Source: Naegleria gruberi
Lineage: Eukaryota
Assembly: GCA_000004985.1 (NCBI GenBank)
Contig: GG738876.1
Reading direction: 5' to 3' (one strand)
Length of the DNA: 64,000 nt
Position numbers and translations under genes: made by a program. This document shows positions 22,396 to 35,214 of the stretch, piece by piece. Under the pieces are notes generated by a model that was given only the letters and a program-made list of their open reading frames with translations, did not search any database and was not told the origin of the DNA. Positions within the stretch are counted from its first letter, which is position 1. Each line of letters begins with the position of its first letter.

Positions 22396-24109
22396 TCAAT
22401 ATTTTCTTCTTCTGAAATCATTCAAATCATCATATTTTGGTTTCTCAAAGTGTACAAAGTCATGTATTGGTGTTTCATCTCCAAGCACCTTACCAACTTT
22501 TTTATCATTGAATCTCATGTAATGATAATTCATAGTTCTAACAAAGAATTTAAGAGTATCACCATGGTAGGTCACTGAATAGGAAACAGCTGGCTCTAAA
22601 AATTGCTTGAAACTTTGATTTTGAACCCAAGATAATGATGGCATGCTTTTTTCAACTGCTGGTGTGGCAGTAAAAGATGGTCCAATAGTGTTTTGGAAGC
22701 ATTTTACAAAGATATTGTAAATATCACCAAAGTAAAAGTTTGCTACATCTGTATAACATCTTCTACCTATTGCAGCTAAAAAGTATATGCAAATTTTACG
22801 CTTTCTAAAAGTATGGTCCAATACTAAACTACTAAATGTTCCATTGTAAAAGAGCTCATTAATTATTCTCAAATCAACAAAGGATGAAAAACATTTGACA
22901 AGCAAGAAGAATTTAAAATCAAGTGATGCAGACCTGAGGTGTCTTGCATATTTTCTCACAATATTCAATCCTAGATCAGGAAAACATGTTGTTCTTAACA
23001 ACATGTGAATTGGAGAGTTATTTGGAATAAAACCTTGAACGGTTATTGGAATCAAACAATAATTTCTACATACAGTCGGTTAGGATAGGGGTTTCTACTT
23101 TGTAAGCAATTGATTCCTCAATGAAAAATTCTAACAATTTGCCATATATTTTTTCAATGTTTTTCATATCAGGTATTTTTTTTGAAAGTTTGTAAACTCC
23201 AGTAGTAATTTGAGAAAATACTGAGGATTTGGAAGTGTGATATTTTCCGTTTGAGTAATACTTGAATTGAAACTTGAAATTTTTGAACATGGCCTCTCTT
23301 CTTAATTCTGGTTCTAAGCTTTTAAACCCTTCATAAATGTCTGTAAGATATTGTTCAAATTCTTGATTTGTTAGAGGAGTGCCACGATACCTTCTGTTAT
23401 TTGACGGAATTTTGGAAACTCTTACTGCCATATGCTTGGTAGAACTCTTGAGGGATGAGTATGAACTCTGGACGTGATATCCATTCCAAATCTGTTTCCA
23501 TTTTGGGTGTTTTTTCCTTTGCTTTTCAACTTGTTTTTCCATATCGAGAATAAAATCATTTGTTGTTTTCTCTAATTGTGCATTTTCTTTTTCACTAATC
23601 AATTTTAATCTCTCTATATCATCTAGTGTTGTGTCATGATTACCGAGGTCTGGAATAAAGACTGTATTTGATGAGAAGGAGCGAGTGATAGCCTTTTTAA
23701 TTCTTTCATATAGAGATGGATCTTCTTTGAACCAACGTGAAAACAAATACTTTGCTCTAATAGTGCAGTGTTTGAGATTTTCTCTCATTTGTTTAGAAGA
23801 TAAACCTGCAGGGCTATTATTGTTTCTAGCAATAGCAGGAAGTCCAGTTCTTCTATTGTTGTGTCGATAATAATATCTCTCTGACATTTCCTTTCTATTC
23901 TCAATTGATTCAAGAGCATTGTCCAAATCTGATCTCATTTTAACTTCACATAAATATCTGTAAATAGAATTATGATCATCTTCCGTTTCCAACAATCGTA
24001 AGGCAAGATTTTGACTAATAGAAAGGGAATATTTTTTCACTTCACTGATACTCAAATATCCAAATATATGTATCCAACAATCATTAGGCAAGTCATCGAA
24101 AATGTTCAT
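22396..24109 (-). CDS. F-box-domain protein. Two adjacent same-strand ORFs (23066..24109 and 22396..23055) are probably joined by a ~40-nt GTATGT..CAAG intron.
   Basis: N-terminus 'LPNDCWIHIFGYLSISEVKKYSLSISQNLALRL' is F-box-like. The upstream ORF ends 'TDCM*' with GTATGT overlapping the stop. The downstream ORF begins 10 nt later in a compatible phase. Confidence 0.45.
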
Positions 24110-24245
24110 GATTAGTCGGCTCCCAGATGTGTCCTGTTATTTTTTTTATGTTATTTTTGGATTCCGATTTTTTTAATGAACTTGCAAATTCGGCACCGGG
24201 ATTGGTTTTAATTACAATGAATTTTATTTGCATGAAAAACATAAA

Positions 24246-25363
24246 TTAATGGTTGACTGTATTTTGGGAAGAGTCGTTGCGTGTGGGTTGAATTTTAGAG
24301 AGGTTTTTGAGGAAGGAAAGAACATCAGAGGGATCTTTGAGTGAATATTTGGCGAATGTTGTGGAAAGTATTTCTGTGGAATTTGGTTGTGAGATGATTT
24401 GAACATCTTGCATGTTGGTATTTTCAGTTGTACCTATTTGTGGCCTTTCTTCACTTTGAGGGGAGACAAGGATGCCAACACCAAGAGAATTATCCAACAA
24501 GTACTTGAAACCATCCTCATCAGTCTTGTCATCTCCAACAAAGATGGCAAACACTTTATCTGGAGATGTTAAATTCCAATATTCCAATAGTTTCATAATT
24601 GCCTTTCCTTTGTGCCAATCAAGATTGATTCTTATCTCAAAAACCTTCTTTCCGTGAGTGACTTTTACCATTCCTTTTTGCTCGTTCGCAATACTCTGAA
24701 TAATTTCTTCAATCTTTGAAACCATTAATTCTGATTCGATTAGTCTGTAATGAACAGAAAGGGAAAATATGTTATTTTCCAATATGCAACCTTTGATTTT
24801 TCCTAATTCTTGACTGAGTTTTTCAAACATTTGATTGAGAATTGGTACAAAATTATTAGCAACTTGAAAGGTAATATATTGTTTACCTCCTAATGAAGTG
24901 TCAGTTTCCAACGTCCATTCAATATTTTCCTTAACTGCTTTAGATACCTTTTGTTCGGTTCCTCCACTTGTTATTGTGAGAGGTTCGTCACTTTTAATTG
25001 GACCTGAAATATCAAAACCATGAGAACCAGCATAGAATAAATCTGGAATGTCAACTCGTGATTTAACATCCTTTTTAGTTCTACCTGAGACAATAGCAAT
25101 TTTTAAATCTTCTGATAAACATTTAATTGCCTGTCTGGCATCATTTGAGAGAATTGCTTGATCAGGCCTTTCTGTTGCGAATACTCTGAATCAATAAATC
25201 AATAGAATTGCATAATAAACATACCAACAATTGGAGTCAAAGTGCCGTCATAATCCAAGAAGAGTACAAGTGTTTTTATGGTTTGAATGTTTCCAAGAAA
25301 AGATAGAAATGCGTTCGAGTTAGCACTGGGAATGACGGCCTTCTTTAAAACATTTTGAATCAT
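24246..25363 (-). CDS. Trehalose-6-phosphate phosphatase (HAD superfamily). Two exons with a ~40-nt intron near 25184..25224.
   Basis: Exon 1 'LFLDYDGTLTPIV' is HAD motif I for TPP. Exon 2 '..AIVSGRTKKDVKSRVDIPDLFYAGSHGFDI...KGKAIMKLLEYW...KVFAIFVGDDKTDEDGFKYL' is the TPP motif set (GDDxTDED). Confidence 0.85.
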
Positions 25364-25472
25364 TTTTTAGCAATTTAATATTAAAACAACAAAACCCAAA
25401 TTATTAATTAATCAAAATTCCAATTATGGAAAATGGTTTACTCATGATAACAAAAGTGAAGAATTACTTGTT

Positions 25473-26315
25473 TTAAAAAACAAATTTTAAGGAACAAGGC
25501 ACATCTGGAGCCTTTCTAACATTTGATGTTTTGTGAAGGGTAATTCTCTTAGTTAAAGTCTTTTCAGGTGTTGACAACTTTACCTTACTTTCATTAATTA
25601 ATCGTGTTGGGATTGCAGTTTGTCGCACAGTAGTGGTATTCTCGAATGTGAGTCTCTTTGAGACAGTTGTTAAATCTTCATCAGCTTCTTCCTTGACAAG
25701 AGATAGATTTTGCATTGGTGAAATCATCTTTCGTTTAAAGAGTTGCTTAGTTTTTTGGGATTGGGGAGTTTTTGGAATTGTTTTTGTTGATTGTTCGTAA
25801 TTACAGTTAAAGGAAGAATTGGATTGGGTAGAAAGGATAGAGGTAGTATTAATTACAATGGAGGAGCTTAGGTTGGTTAAAGTTATAGGATGGTGCACTG
25901 GATTTTCCTTGTTAGCCTCAGTATTTGCTGTCAAGTTGTTTAAATCAATTGTCTTGATATGTTGAGGACTTGATTTGTCAGGTTGCAAAGCAATTCTTTC
26001 GGAATGACTGAAGGTACTATCACTTATGGATTGAATTTGATCCGAATTTAGAGACAACCTATTCATAGACTCAGAGAGTGAAGTCTTTGGTGTTGGCTGC
26101 TGACTTTGTTTCATTCTTTCAAGTTGTTCTCGTCTCTCACGTTCCATTTTGTTCAAAATATGAAGCTTTTTAGGCTTTCTATTAAATGTTCCAGGAGAAT
26201 TTCTGTATTGTGTATTATTGTTGGATGTACATTTGTTTGGTGAAGATGATGTACCTAAACTCTCGGTCTGTGTTGATTGTTGAGTAAGTTCATCATTTAT
26301 GCTTGTACATACCAT
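25473..26315 (-). CDS. Hypothetical S/T/N/Q-rich low-complexity protein.
   Basis: ORF only. No recognisable domain. Confidence 0.35.
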   Translation of the reverse strand: MVCTSINDELTQQSTQTESLGTSSSPNKCTSNNNTQYRNSPGTFNRKPKKLHILNKMERERREQLERMKQSQQPTPKTSLSESMNRLSLNSDQIQSISDSTFSHSERIALQPDKSSPQHIKTIDLNNLTANTEANKENPVHHPITLTNLSSSIVINTTSILSTQSNSSFNCNYEQSTKTIPKTPQSQKTKQLFKRKMISPMQNLSLVKEEADEDLTTVSKRLTFENTTTVRQTAIPTRLINESKVKLSTPEKTLTKRITLHKTSNVRKAPDVPCSLKFVF

Positions 26316-26720
26316 TCTACTCGCGGCAAGGGTATTGTTGTCAAGAACTTTTTTCTTGGATTGTTTAATAAATTGTTATCAAAAAGTGGCGGCAAATTTA
26401 AAAGTTACAACATTAAACATCATTAACGTTAATATTTTTGAATTAGCGGGAAATGAGATTTATAACGAAGGATTGTCTGTTAACGACATTAATTTACAAT
26501 TGTCAAAGAGTACATTAAAGAATGTCAACCGAATAGACCATCACTCAATGGTCATGGTTTGACAAACTATTCTACCGAAACTTCACAAGAAATCACTCTT
26601 TGATAAATTAATTCTTTTCCACTTTGGAATTATGCTATTTTGGCTGTTGTCTCTTTATTTTGAATCACAACACGCGCCAAATTTATTTACGGCACAACTG
26701 ATTTTAAAATATTAAAAAAA

Positions 26721-28319
26721 ATGAAGTCAAGTGGTAGAAGAGTAGGAGTGACTGTAGATCAAGAGTATGAATCATTTACATCGGAAGAGGAAGAGGAAAT
26801 AGAGGAAAATCCTTTTAAAATTCCAACTGATGAACAAATATTTGAGAGTAAGGAAAAATTAAAATCGATAAATACAGGTTCCGGGTTAACCTTCAAATCA
26901 CCAAGAAAAACAAAAATGTCAAGGAGAGACCCTGTTTTACCTCTTATTAGAGATAAAAAGTCAAAGAGTGCTCCTTCTGGTGATCAACCTGTTGATGTAA
27001 ATAGCTCGTATAAAAAGAAGGAAAATGTTTCAGATTTTATTGAAAAGAAAAAACAAATGTTTCTCTTGCAGATGAGTATTGATACTAAAAAGTTTGAAAT
27101 TAAGAAATTAGAAAAGAAAGCTCAAAAGAGAGATCAAAAACTGTTCCAAATGGAACAGGAACTAAAACAACAGACACAAGCTTTTGACGATTTTCTTGCC
27201 CTTAACGATATTAGAGCAGTGGAAGCTATCAAAAAAGCTGAAGAAGAAACGAAAGCAAAACAATCTAAACAAAACGAGATTAAGAAATTGAATGCGAGAA
27301 TTGCTGCAATCACATCAGAAATTTCAAAACTTGATTACCAGTTAGACAATTGCAGAAGATATAAAGACTTTTTGGATTCACTCACACCAAAGGAAGAATT
27401 GGCAAAGATGAATGACAAGAAGAAAAAGACATCCAAATCAAGACCAGGATCAAGAGCAAGCTCAGGAAGATCAGGAACTTCGACCAGTGAAAAAGAGGAA
27501 AGAGAAACAAAGATGACACCAATTGCCTCTCTGGATTCTAAAGAAGAGGAGCAGACAGAAAACAATGAAGAAGTTATTGATATGTATTTTAAAAAGCCAG
27601 AGCAACTTCTTAATATTTATTCAGAATTGGAAGAAAGTAATTTAATTTTAATCCAAAACACTGAAGACATTCAAGAGCAACTTGAAGATGTCCAAAAAAT
27701 GTACAAAGAAACAAAGAAGAAAATGTAAGTTTTTAATTATAATAAGTAATTCTTAACGATTATCAGGAGTATGGAAGCTGAGAATTTGCAAGCTCAAATT
27801 GATGTACTTAATGAACAACTTGAAATAGAACAAGATAGATTGAAAACCATTTCAGATAGACACTCTTCAAATATCGATCAGGATGGAGAAGAGAGATTAA
27901 AGATGTTAACTGAAAAGATTAAAGAAATATATCTTCAATCTGGTGTGGAAACTGAATCAGACCAAAATGCAGATATTATGGAAAATATTGACCCACTCTT
28001 CATGTTATCCAAAATTGAAAATAAGCTTGAAAGTTTATTAACAGTACTTGATGAATACGATGACGATTTTGTTGCCAAGTACGAAAAGCAAAGAGAGAAA
28101 GAACGTAGAAAGCAGCAAAGAGAGGAGACCAACAAAATTAAATCTCAAAAAGAGAAGAAGAATAAGTCTGTTGTGCAGCAAACAGCACCTAGAAAGAGAG
28201 CAGGTAAACCTCTTGTGTTTAGGTCGGCTCCACCAAATACAGACACAAAGAAATCAAAGAGCGAGGAAACAAAACAAAACGAAGAGAAGGATGAGTTTAA
28301 GGAATTGTTTGGTCTATAA
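26721..28319 (+). CDS. Coiled-coil protein of the DUF4200 family, CFAP100/CCDC37-like, a probable cilia/flagella-associated protein. Two exons with an intron at 27725..27766.
   Basis: 'KKFEIKKLEKKAQKRDQKLFQMEQELKQQTQAFDDFLALNDIRAVEAIKKAEEETKAK' resembles the DUF4200 core (..KEIE.LEEKA.KRDE.L...FDEFLKEND.KAVEA.KKAE). Long heptad-rich sequence. GTAAGT donor in phase with the second ORF. Confidence 0.5.
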
Positions 28320-28445
28320 ACATTTCATTTTCAATTGCATCCCAGTAATTAGAAACAACGATACCCAAATTGTTAGAATCTAATTTAAAGAATCCGAATG
28401 TTCAGTTCAACAGTTCGGTTGTCAACAATCCCATTAAACAAAAAA

Positions 28446-30613
28446 ATGTCAGGTTTGCCGGTCTATCAAGTACGCCTGGATATAATAATTTTATTATTAG
28501 TTTGTCTTGTTGGTTGTTGCTTTGCTCATCAACCAACTTTCCATATGTTTACTCAAAGTCAACATGTTGAAAATCAACCAAATCATCATCACAAATGTAT
28601 TCACGACTCTCTCTACGATAATGAATTAAAACGATTTGATGGAGATCGTTCAAAATCACCACTTTTCATTGGTTTAGATAACCCAATACCTCTACAAACT
28701 ACTCATCGTCTTGTTAGGAAAATGGGTGCCAATGGAAAACGTTCTATTGAAAAGGTGTTTGATGTCTTTTCATCCATTAGAATAATTCTCGATACAACTT
28801 ACTTGTCAAGTGATGTAGAGAGTAGATCATGTTATTCAACTGGTGCAACCTATAAGAGAGGAAATCCATCTTCTACAAGTGTAGTTTGTGATGGTTCTTC
28901 AGTAACAACTAATTGCTAGTAAGTAATAGGTCAATTATTTGTTTGGAAATTGAACTGTTGGAATGAATTTTTGGTTCATGAAATAATTTAGTGGAACATG
29001 TAAAAGTGCAGACGTAATTACATCTACCAAATCATCTCGTGTGCTAAATCTTGTTCAACAAGTCAAGGCAAAGATTGCATCTCAGATTAGTACTAGACCA
29101 TTAGCTTCATTCACTGTTTCAAAACTTGCCATTAATTGTGGTGCAGAGGGAGGTGTTCCATGGACTAGTAATGTAATTGCTCCAAATACATTGACAAACG
29201 TTGATTTATATATTTATGTCACGATGAGGTATGTTTCTGAATAATTTCAATAATAATGATGATATTAATTATTGATATAGACCTGCTGATACTGGAGTTG
29301 CTGCTTGGGCTACTGCTTGCAGTACAGAATCAACATATGGAAGACCTGTTGCTGGTCAATTGAATATTAATCCATCAATTTTGGACACCTATCCAAGTGA
29401 TGACACTGTTCTTCTTTCAACAATTGAACATGAAACAACTCACATTTTGGGATTTAGTTCATCATTTTATGGACAATATCGTGATGATAATGGTTTTTTA
29501 ATGTCATCATCTGCAGTTGTTGCCTCAAAGACCAAAACTGAAAATGGAGCCTCTGTAACAAGACAATACTTTATTCATTCAAAGATGACTAACATGTATA
29601 AGAATTTAACTGGATGCTCAAGTGTTGATGGAGTACCAATTGAGGAATATGGAAGCTCTGGATCTGCAGGTAGTCATTTTGATGCAAGAGTTTTTGTAAA
29701 TGAATTGATGGCTCCTTCTTTGGATGGTTGTGGAACTTTTGGTAGAAGTTGTGTAACTACAACTGCTACTTTGGCCTTATTAGAAACTACTGGTTGGTAC
29801 AAATCAAGTGTTGCCAATCCAATAATTCCTGCCTACGGTAGAAATATGGGATGTAATTTTGCTAATCAGAGATGTTCTACTTGGGATACTGACAAGTTGG
29901 GTTATTTCTGTACTGATACCACTCAAAAGAAGTTCTCTTGTGTTTACCATATGCGTGATAAGGGTATTTGTGATATGGCCACTTACACTTCTGCATTGCC
30001 TGCTCAATATCAATATTTTACAAATTCCAAACAAGGTGGTAGAGTTTCATGGTTCGATTATTGTCCAATTCAACGTCGTTATATGAATTGTGCTGACAAA
30101 ACAATGCCAAAGAGATCTTCAGAAGTTTTCAATACCAATAGTGCCTGTTTTGTAGGTAATTTAGAATTGACTGGTTTTAGTGGAACTATGGAAAGTGAGG
30201 ATTCGGCCAGTAGATGTCTCGTGTATAGTTGTGATAGAACCAATAAGGTACTCAAAATTAGACTTCACACCACCTCCAATTACATTACTTGTCCTTCAGA
30301 TCAATCCAATCAAGTATTCACAGCTCCAACTGGATTCAAGGGATCTGTTACATGTCCAAAGAATGGTTATACCATTTTGTGTGATTCCTATGAAATTACT
30401 CCATCCACTGATGATGGTACAGGTAAAACTGCAATCTCATCTGATGAAGCTGGAAATGAAAGCTCAGATGGTACTTCATCTGGTAAGGTTTGCTTCTTAG
30501 GAATCTGTTGGGGAAGCAGTGCACAAATTGTTCAATTTTCCACCTCAAACATTTTCCTTCTCATTGCTACATTTGTTTTGTTGAATGCATTAATGAACAT
30601 GGTTACACAATAA
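28446..30613 (+). CDS. Leishmanolysin-like zinc metallopeptidase (family M8, GP63/invadolysin-like). Three exons: 28446..28918, 28992..29228, 29281..30613. N-terminal signal peptide and a C-terminal hydrophobic, GPI-anchor-like tail.
   Basis: 'HKCIHD' near the N-terminus matches 'HRCIHD'. 'DLYIYVTM' matches 'DFVMYVAS'. 'VAAWATAC' matches 'VLAWATxC'. 'TIEHETTHILGFSS' carries the HExxH. Many conserved Cys. Exons are joined via GTAAGT/GTATGT donors in phase. Confidence 0.8.
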
Positions 30614-30681
30614 AATTGTCTCAATATTATTATTTAAAACTAATATTATTATTGCTTGGTGATCTTTAGAGATCTTGAGAC

Positions 30682-31672
30682 TTATTTCAATTTTGGGAAC
30701 AACTTGAGAGTATTCAGGAGTGTTTTTGAAATTACTTCCTCCAAACTACATTTCTTAATTTTTGAAATCATTTGTGCGGAAAGTGGAATATTAGAAGGGT
30801 CATTCCTTGAATTTTTGATGGCCAATTCAAAAACTTCTTCACTTTCAAAATCTTCTCTTTTTGGAAGATTTGGAACAAGGGCTGGTGAATCACTACCAGA
30901 GTATTTCAATACAATATATTAAACATATTCGAAACTTACGTTTCCAATAAAATTCTATCCATAGGTACAACATTAATTAAATCCTGTAATTGTTTTGAAC
31001 GAATGACATTCGATGGAATTGAAAAGAAGTAACCATGTTGAAGACCTTCCCTGACAACCTTTGCACTTCCATCAAAACAATGCATCAAGACATTGGTAGC
31101 TCCCTTTTCTGCCAATAACTGAATGGTAGGTCTTCCAGCACTTCTTGAATGCACATTTAATGGTAGACCTGTCTGCTTACTCAATTCTACAAATTGTTCC
31201 AAAGCTTTTCGTTGTAAATTTTTAACTTGATCAATATTTTCAAGTTGTGGATTCGTTTCCTTAATATTCTTCAAAACTCCAGGTGTAAAATCAAGTCCCA
31301 CTATTTTCAATATTTCCTATATTCCTATATTGTAAATTAAATCTAGTACTAACCCTCTCCAATACAACAAATAAATTCCTGATTTTCCAAAATTAATTCC
31401 GAAATTCTTGATATTTGCTCTTCACTCTGAACACAACACGGATGAAGTCCAATGCCAGCTGCTAATTGCTTTGGGTACTTTTTACATAGATTTAAAATTC
31501 GTTTGGCAGTCTCCTCTTCCTCACTCACAAGAATTATCTTGTGTACGGAGGCTTGTGATGATTTTTGCAAAATTTGTTCCAATTCAGAAAAGTCTGAATG
31601 ACCATTTGGAAAGAACTTATCATCATAGAGGTGTGTATGTACATCGATCATCATTGATTCAACTTTCTCCAT
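30682..31672 (-). CDS. TatD-family Mg-dependent deoxyribonuclease. Three exons: ~31349..31672, ~30936..31310, ~30682..30909.
   Basis: 'MIDVHTHL' is the TatD N-terminal HxH motif. 'GEG..LDF' (GE.GLD), 'LPLNVHSRSA' and 'LMHCFDGS' match the other TatD metal-binding motifs. Confidence 0.75.
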
Positions 31673-31743
31673 TTTTTTAAAATAATATACAAATATATTT
31701 AAAATCTCAACATGAATTTTTAAAAGAGAGTGAAATTGTTTAT

Positions 31744-34700
31744 TTACATTATGGAACAGCCCTTATTATTTCTCTCTTCATGATTTGAGGAATTGGATGA
31801 TGAATTGGATGATGAGGAAGAAGAAGAATTGGCATGATTCTTTGAAGAGTACTGATAATCTCCAAGTGAATCCATGATGATTTTTCTCAATTCCTTTTCT
31901 TCTGTGGTTGAAAGTAGTGGTTTGGTTGGTGCTTTTTGTTGGGTATGTCTGCCATTTCTGAGGAGGTGATAGTAGAGTGGTGGATGTGGATAACTTGGTT
32001 TGATAATTCTCACAGAATCTTCCTTATCATAGGTAGTGACACAGAGTTTGAAATCTGGAAGAACTAGCTCTCTTTGAGAAGGTTGTGGTCTTTCCTTTTG
32101 AAGATCCCATTTCTTTGGTGGTTCCTTCTTCTTTCTGTCCATTGTAGAGGAAGTACCATTGGCAGAGTTGACCTTCATGAAAGAGATGAGTTCATTTCTT
32201 CCTTCTGAGATTACACATTCTGGGAATTGAGTTTGTGTATCATCAGTAAAGTAGATGAGACGAATTTGATTATCTTTGAATGGATAATTAATATCATCTT
32301 CATCTTCATTATCCTTACTCTTGACACCATTTCTCATATTATTAATCTCATCTTCTAAAAGGGAAGAAAAGACATTCTGTTCGAAATTGCCAGTAGTTTG
32401 GCAGAGAGATTCAAGATCAGAAACTTTCTTGAGTTGATTTTGAAGTACATTACGTTTCTCCTTAGTATGCCAATTGTGACAAAAGTGAATCTTGAGAACA
32501 TTCTTCTCAGAATAACTATAGTCCACCAACATTCCAACGACATCACCTGAATAGTAACGTTGATTGTTAATTTCAAAACAGTGATGACAGCTGCCACTTG
32601 GCCAAATGAAATTATCATAATGAGAAGGATTGAAATCTTTTGGTGCATCTGAATTATCAGATCCAGTAAAGTGAATATTTGGAACAATTCCAACACCAAG
32701 ATTGATTCCTCCAATCTTTTCTACATAGAATTCAAAGTAGTATAAATTATTTGGAGTAAAGATTTGTTCACTTGTGGCATTTCTCCATCTGTAATCATTA
32801 GGTGATTTCTTATTATCAGTTTCCATTAGTCTACTGATACAAGTATTATAAAGTACAGAATTCTTGGTAATGTCATTCTCTTTGGCAAGACCAGAAATAT
32901 TTAACATGTTAGAGTCCTCACTGCAGGCATTCTTTGGACTGACTTGGAAAATTGGGAGTAAATAGTTAGGATTTAAATCAAATCTTGCAGGAATTGAATG
33001 CAAGTAGTGGTATGAATATTGCCACCACACTAATTCTTCCTGAACTGGAGGGTTGGAAATGAAAAAGTTTGCATTACTTCCAGAATTTTGTACAGCTCCA
33101 GTGGCTTGGAAGGATCCCATATTTTCATCGATTGCAAGATTGGAGAATTCAGAAGCATTTGAAATGTTGAGCATTCCTTGCAACCAATCACCAAGTTTGG
33201 CAATTTTAGAAGTTGGACAATCAGAACCACCATTCAATTGTTTAGAATAGATGGCATTCAGTAATTTCTTATCTACAGGTGGTTCAAGACAATCAGTTCT
33301 TGGAATATTGAAATAGGATTCACATATTAATTTCCAAAAATGAACATTCTTGAAATAGTTATGATACATGTAATTATTTACAAAACAAATTGAGAAAATT
33401 CCATATCTTGTCTGACTCATATATTGATATTCATCATCCATACTATCTTTGGAAGAAATGGAAATTCTGCTTGGATTAGGTTTAGAAGATTCCATCAAAT
33501 TCTTGACGAATCTCTTTTTCAAAAATTGATTATGTACAGATTGTTTAGCTTCGGTATGTAACTTTTTCAAATACTTTTCTCTAATATTCCAATAGGTATT
33601 ATATTCATGACACAACTCATCTTGATGAGGAATGAAAGTAATGATATGAAGAATCATTTCAAAAGGCAAGTCAATCAGTGATGGTTCATCATTATTAGCA
33701 GTAGAAGTAGTAGAATAACCAACAAATTGTTTGACGTCTCCATTAAACCTCGACAAGTGTGTCAGTGAAGAATGACTAGAACTATGAGTTAATGTCGTTG
33801 TCATATTTTTCTCGTCCAATACCATCATCTCTTTCATATTGATGGTTGGACTGTTGACCATCATTTGATGATCATAATTTACAGCATATTGGTGTTGATG
33901 GAAAGTTGATGATAACCTATTATTATTATTGGTATTTTGTTGTTGTTGCTTGTTCTGAGGAAGCATTTCAATGAATCCAAGAGGATGTACCTCATTGGGG
34001 AAGTAGTGATTAATAATTGTATTACCCATACTTGTTGTTGTTGTGTTTGTTTCAAAGATAGTACTATTGGTATCAGTTATTGTACAGGTTGTTAGTTGAG
34101 AATCAATGATTCTACTTGGATCCTCTTCCTGATGATTACTTTTAAAAGTGCAATAACTACTATTCTTGTAGGCAAAATTGGCAGGAGCAATAGAATCTTC
34201 TCCCAAAGAAGCACTAGGAGTTAAAGTTGAATCTTCTTTGACAGCAATAGCGAAGGAGGAATGGTCTTGTTTTTTCTTATTGATGTTAATATTAATAACA
34301 TCAGCACCACAACAGTCAAACCTCTTATCAGGATTCTCTTGTTGTTGTTCGTCGTTTAGATTTTGATCAGGTAGTGAAAATTGGTGTTTTTGGAAAGGTT
34401 GATACGATAATGGTTCCTCGCTGTTTGGAGATGATAATGTCTCTTCAGAATAATTGATCTTGTTACCTTGTTGATCATAAAGAACTGTTGTAGTGGCTGA
34501 ATAAAAACCATGATGGTGGTTAGTTTTTGACAGAGTATTAATTTGGTTGGATTTCTCGATTTTAGTAGAGACACTTGTCAAATCACTTAGAATACAAAGC
34601 TTGTTAAAGGACTCGGTATGTTCTTTGACTTGTTGTTGAGAACTGGCAGTAGTAGAATCATCATTGTAAACAGGAGTGCAGCACAAAAATTGATTAAGGG

Positions 34701-35214
34701 ATTTTAAGTGCGATTTACAGTGTTTTTCCTCCTCAATCAAATTTGTGGCGCCATTTTGCATGTTAACGGAAGATTGCTTTGAGGATTTGAATGATGAGCA
34801 AATTGCAGCAATATCTTTGGTGGAGAAGGTTTGTTGTCTGTGATGATAATCATTATTATTATTCGGATGTTGTGTGTATTCATCTGGGTATTCATCTAAT
34901 TGCATTGAATCTTCCTTATGATTATTATTATGGAGTGTTTGAGCTGAAATATTTGAACCTTCATCGAGTGCTATCATATTATCTTCATAATTTTGTGGTT
35001 CGACCAGAACTGTTGAATGATGGCTAGTAGTGGCTGCAGTCAGCCGAGGGGAATAATACAATGCAGCTTGTTCAATCTGTATGGATGATGCTAATGGTGT
35101 CGGTGAGGCAACCATCATTAGAGTTGTAGATGATTCAGTAGTACTACTTCTGCTAAATTCACCACACAGAGGTGATGTGTACGATGCTGTATTGTTATCA
35201 GAGAAGATGGTCAT
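31744..35214 (-). CDS. Large (1156 aa) low-complexity protein with an F-box-like segment and a SPRY/B30.2-like C-terminal region.
   Basis: 'LPFEMILHIITFIPHQDELCHEYNTYWNIREKYL' is F-box-like. 'GGINLGVGIVPN...YYSGDVVGMLVDYSYSEKNVLKIHFCHN' is SPRY-like. Long N/Q/S-rich tracts. Confidence 0.4.
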   Translation of the reverse strand: MTIFSDNNTASYTSPLCGEFSRSSTTESSTTLMMVASPTPLASSIQIEQAALYYSPRLTAATTSHHSTVLVEPQNYEDNMIALDEGSNISAQTLHNNNHKEDSMQLDEYPDEYTQHPNNNNDYHHRQQTFSTKDIAAICSSFKSSKQSSVNMQNGATNLIEEEKHCKSHLKSLNQFLCCTPVYNDDSTTASSQQQVKEHTESFNKLCILSDLTSVSTKIEKSNQINTLSKTNHHHGFYSATTTVLYDQQGNKINYSEETLSSPNSEEPLSYQPFQKHQFSLPDQNLNDEQQQENPDKRFDCCGADVINININKKKQDHSSFAIAVKEDSTLTPSASLGEDSIAPANFAYKNSSYCTFKSNHQEEDPSRIIDSQLTTCTITDTNSTIFETNTTTTSMGNTIINHYFPNEVHPLGFIEMLPQNKQQQQNTNNNNRLSSTFHQHQYAVNYDHQMMVNSPTINMKEMMVLDEKNMTTTLTHSSSHSSLTHLSRFNGDVKQFVGYSTTSTANNDEPSLIDLPFEMILHIITFIPHQDELCHEYNTYWNIREKYLKKLHTEAKQSVHNQFLKKRFVKNLMESSKPNPSRISISSKDSMDDEYQYMSQTRYGIFSICFVNNYMYHNYFKNVHFWKLICESYFNIPRTDCLEPPVDKKLLNAIYSKQLNGGSDCPTSKIAKLGDWLQGMLNISNASEFSNLAIDENMGSFQATGAVQNSGSNANFFISNPPVQEELVWWQYSYHYLHSIPARFDLNPNYLLPIFQVSPKNACSEDSNMLNISGLAKENDITKNSVLYNTCISRLMETDNKKSPNDYRWRNATSEQIFTPNNLYYFEFYVEKIGGINLGVGIVPNIHFTGSDNSDAPKDFNPSHYDNFIWPSGSCHHCFEINNQRYYSGDVVGMLVDYSYSEKNVLKIHFCHNWHTKEKRNVLQNQLKKVSDLESLCQTTGNFEQNVFSSLLEDEINNMRNGVKSKDNEDEDDINYPFKDNQIRLIYFTDDTQTQFPECVISEGRNELISFMKVNSANGTSSTMDRKKKEPPKKWDLQKERPQPSQRELVLPDFKLCVTTYDKEDSVRIIKPSYPHPPLYYHLLRNGRHTQQKAPTKPLLSTTEEKELRKIIMDSLGDYQYSSKNHANSSSSSSSNSSSNSSNHEERNNKGCSIM

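Noticed and set aside
32355-34574. Nested ORFs 32355..32714, 33030..33250, 34178..34574
   Set aside because: They are alternative-frame or antisense shadows within the 1156-aa gene.
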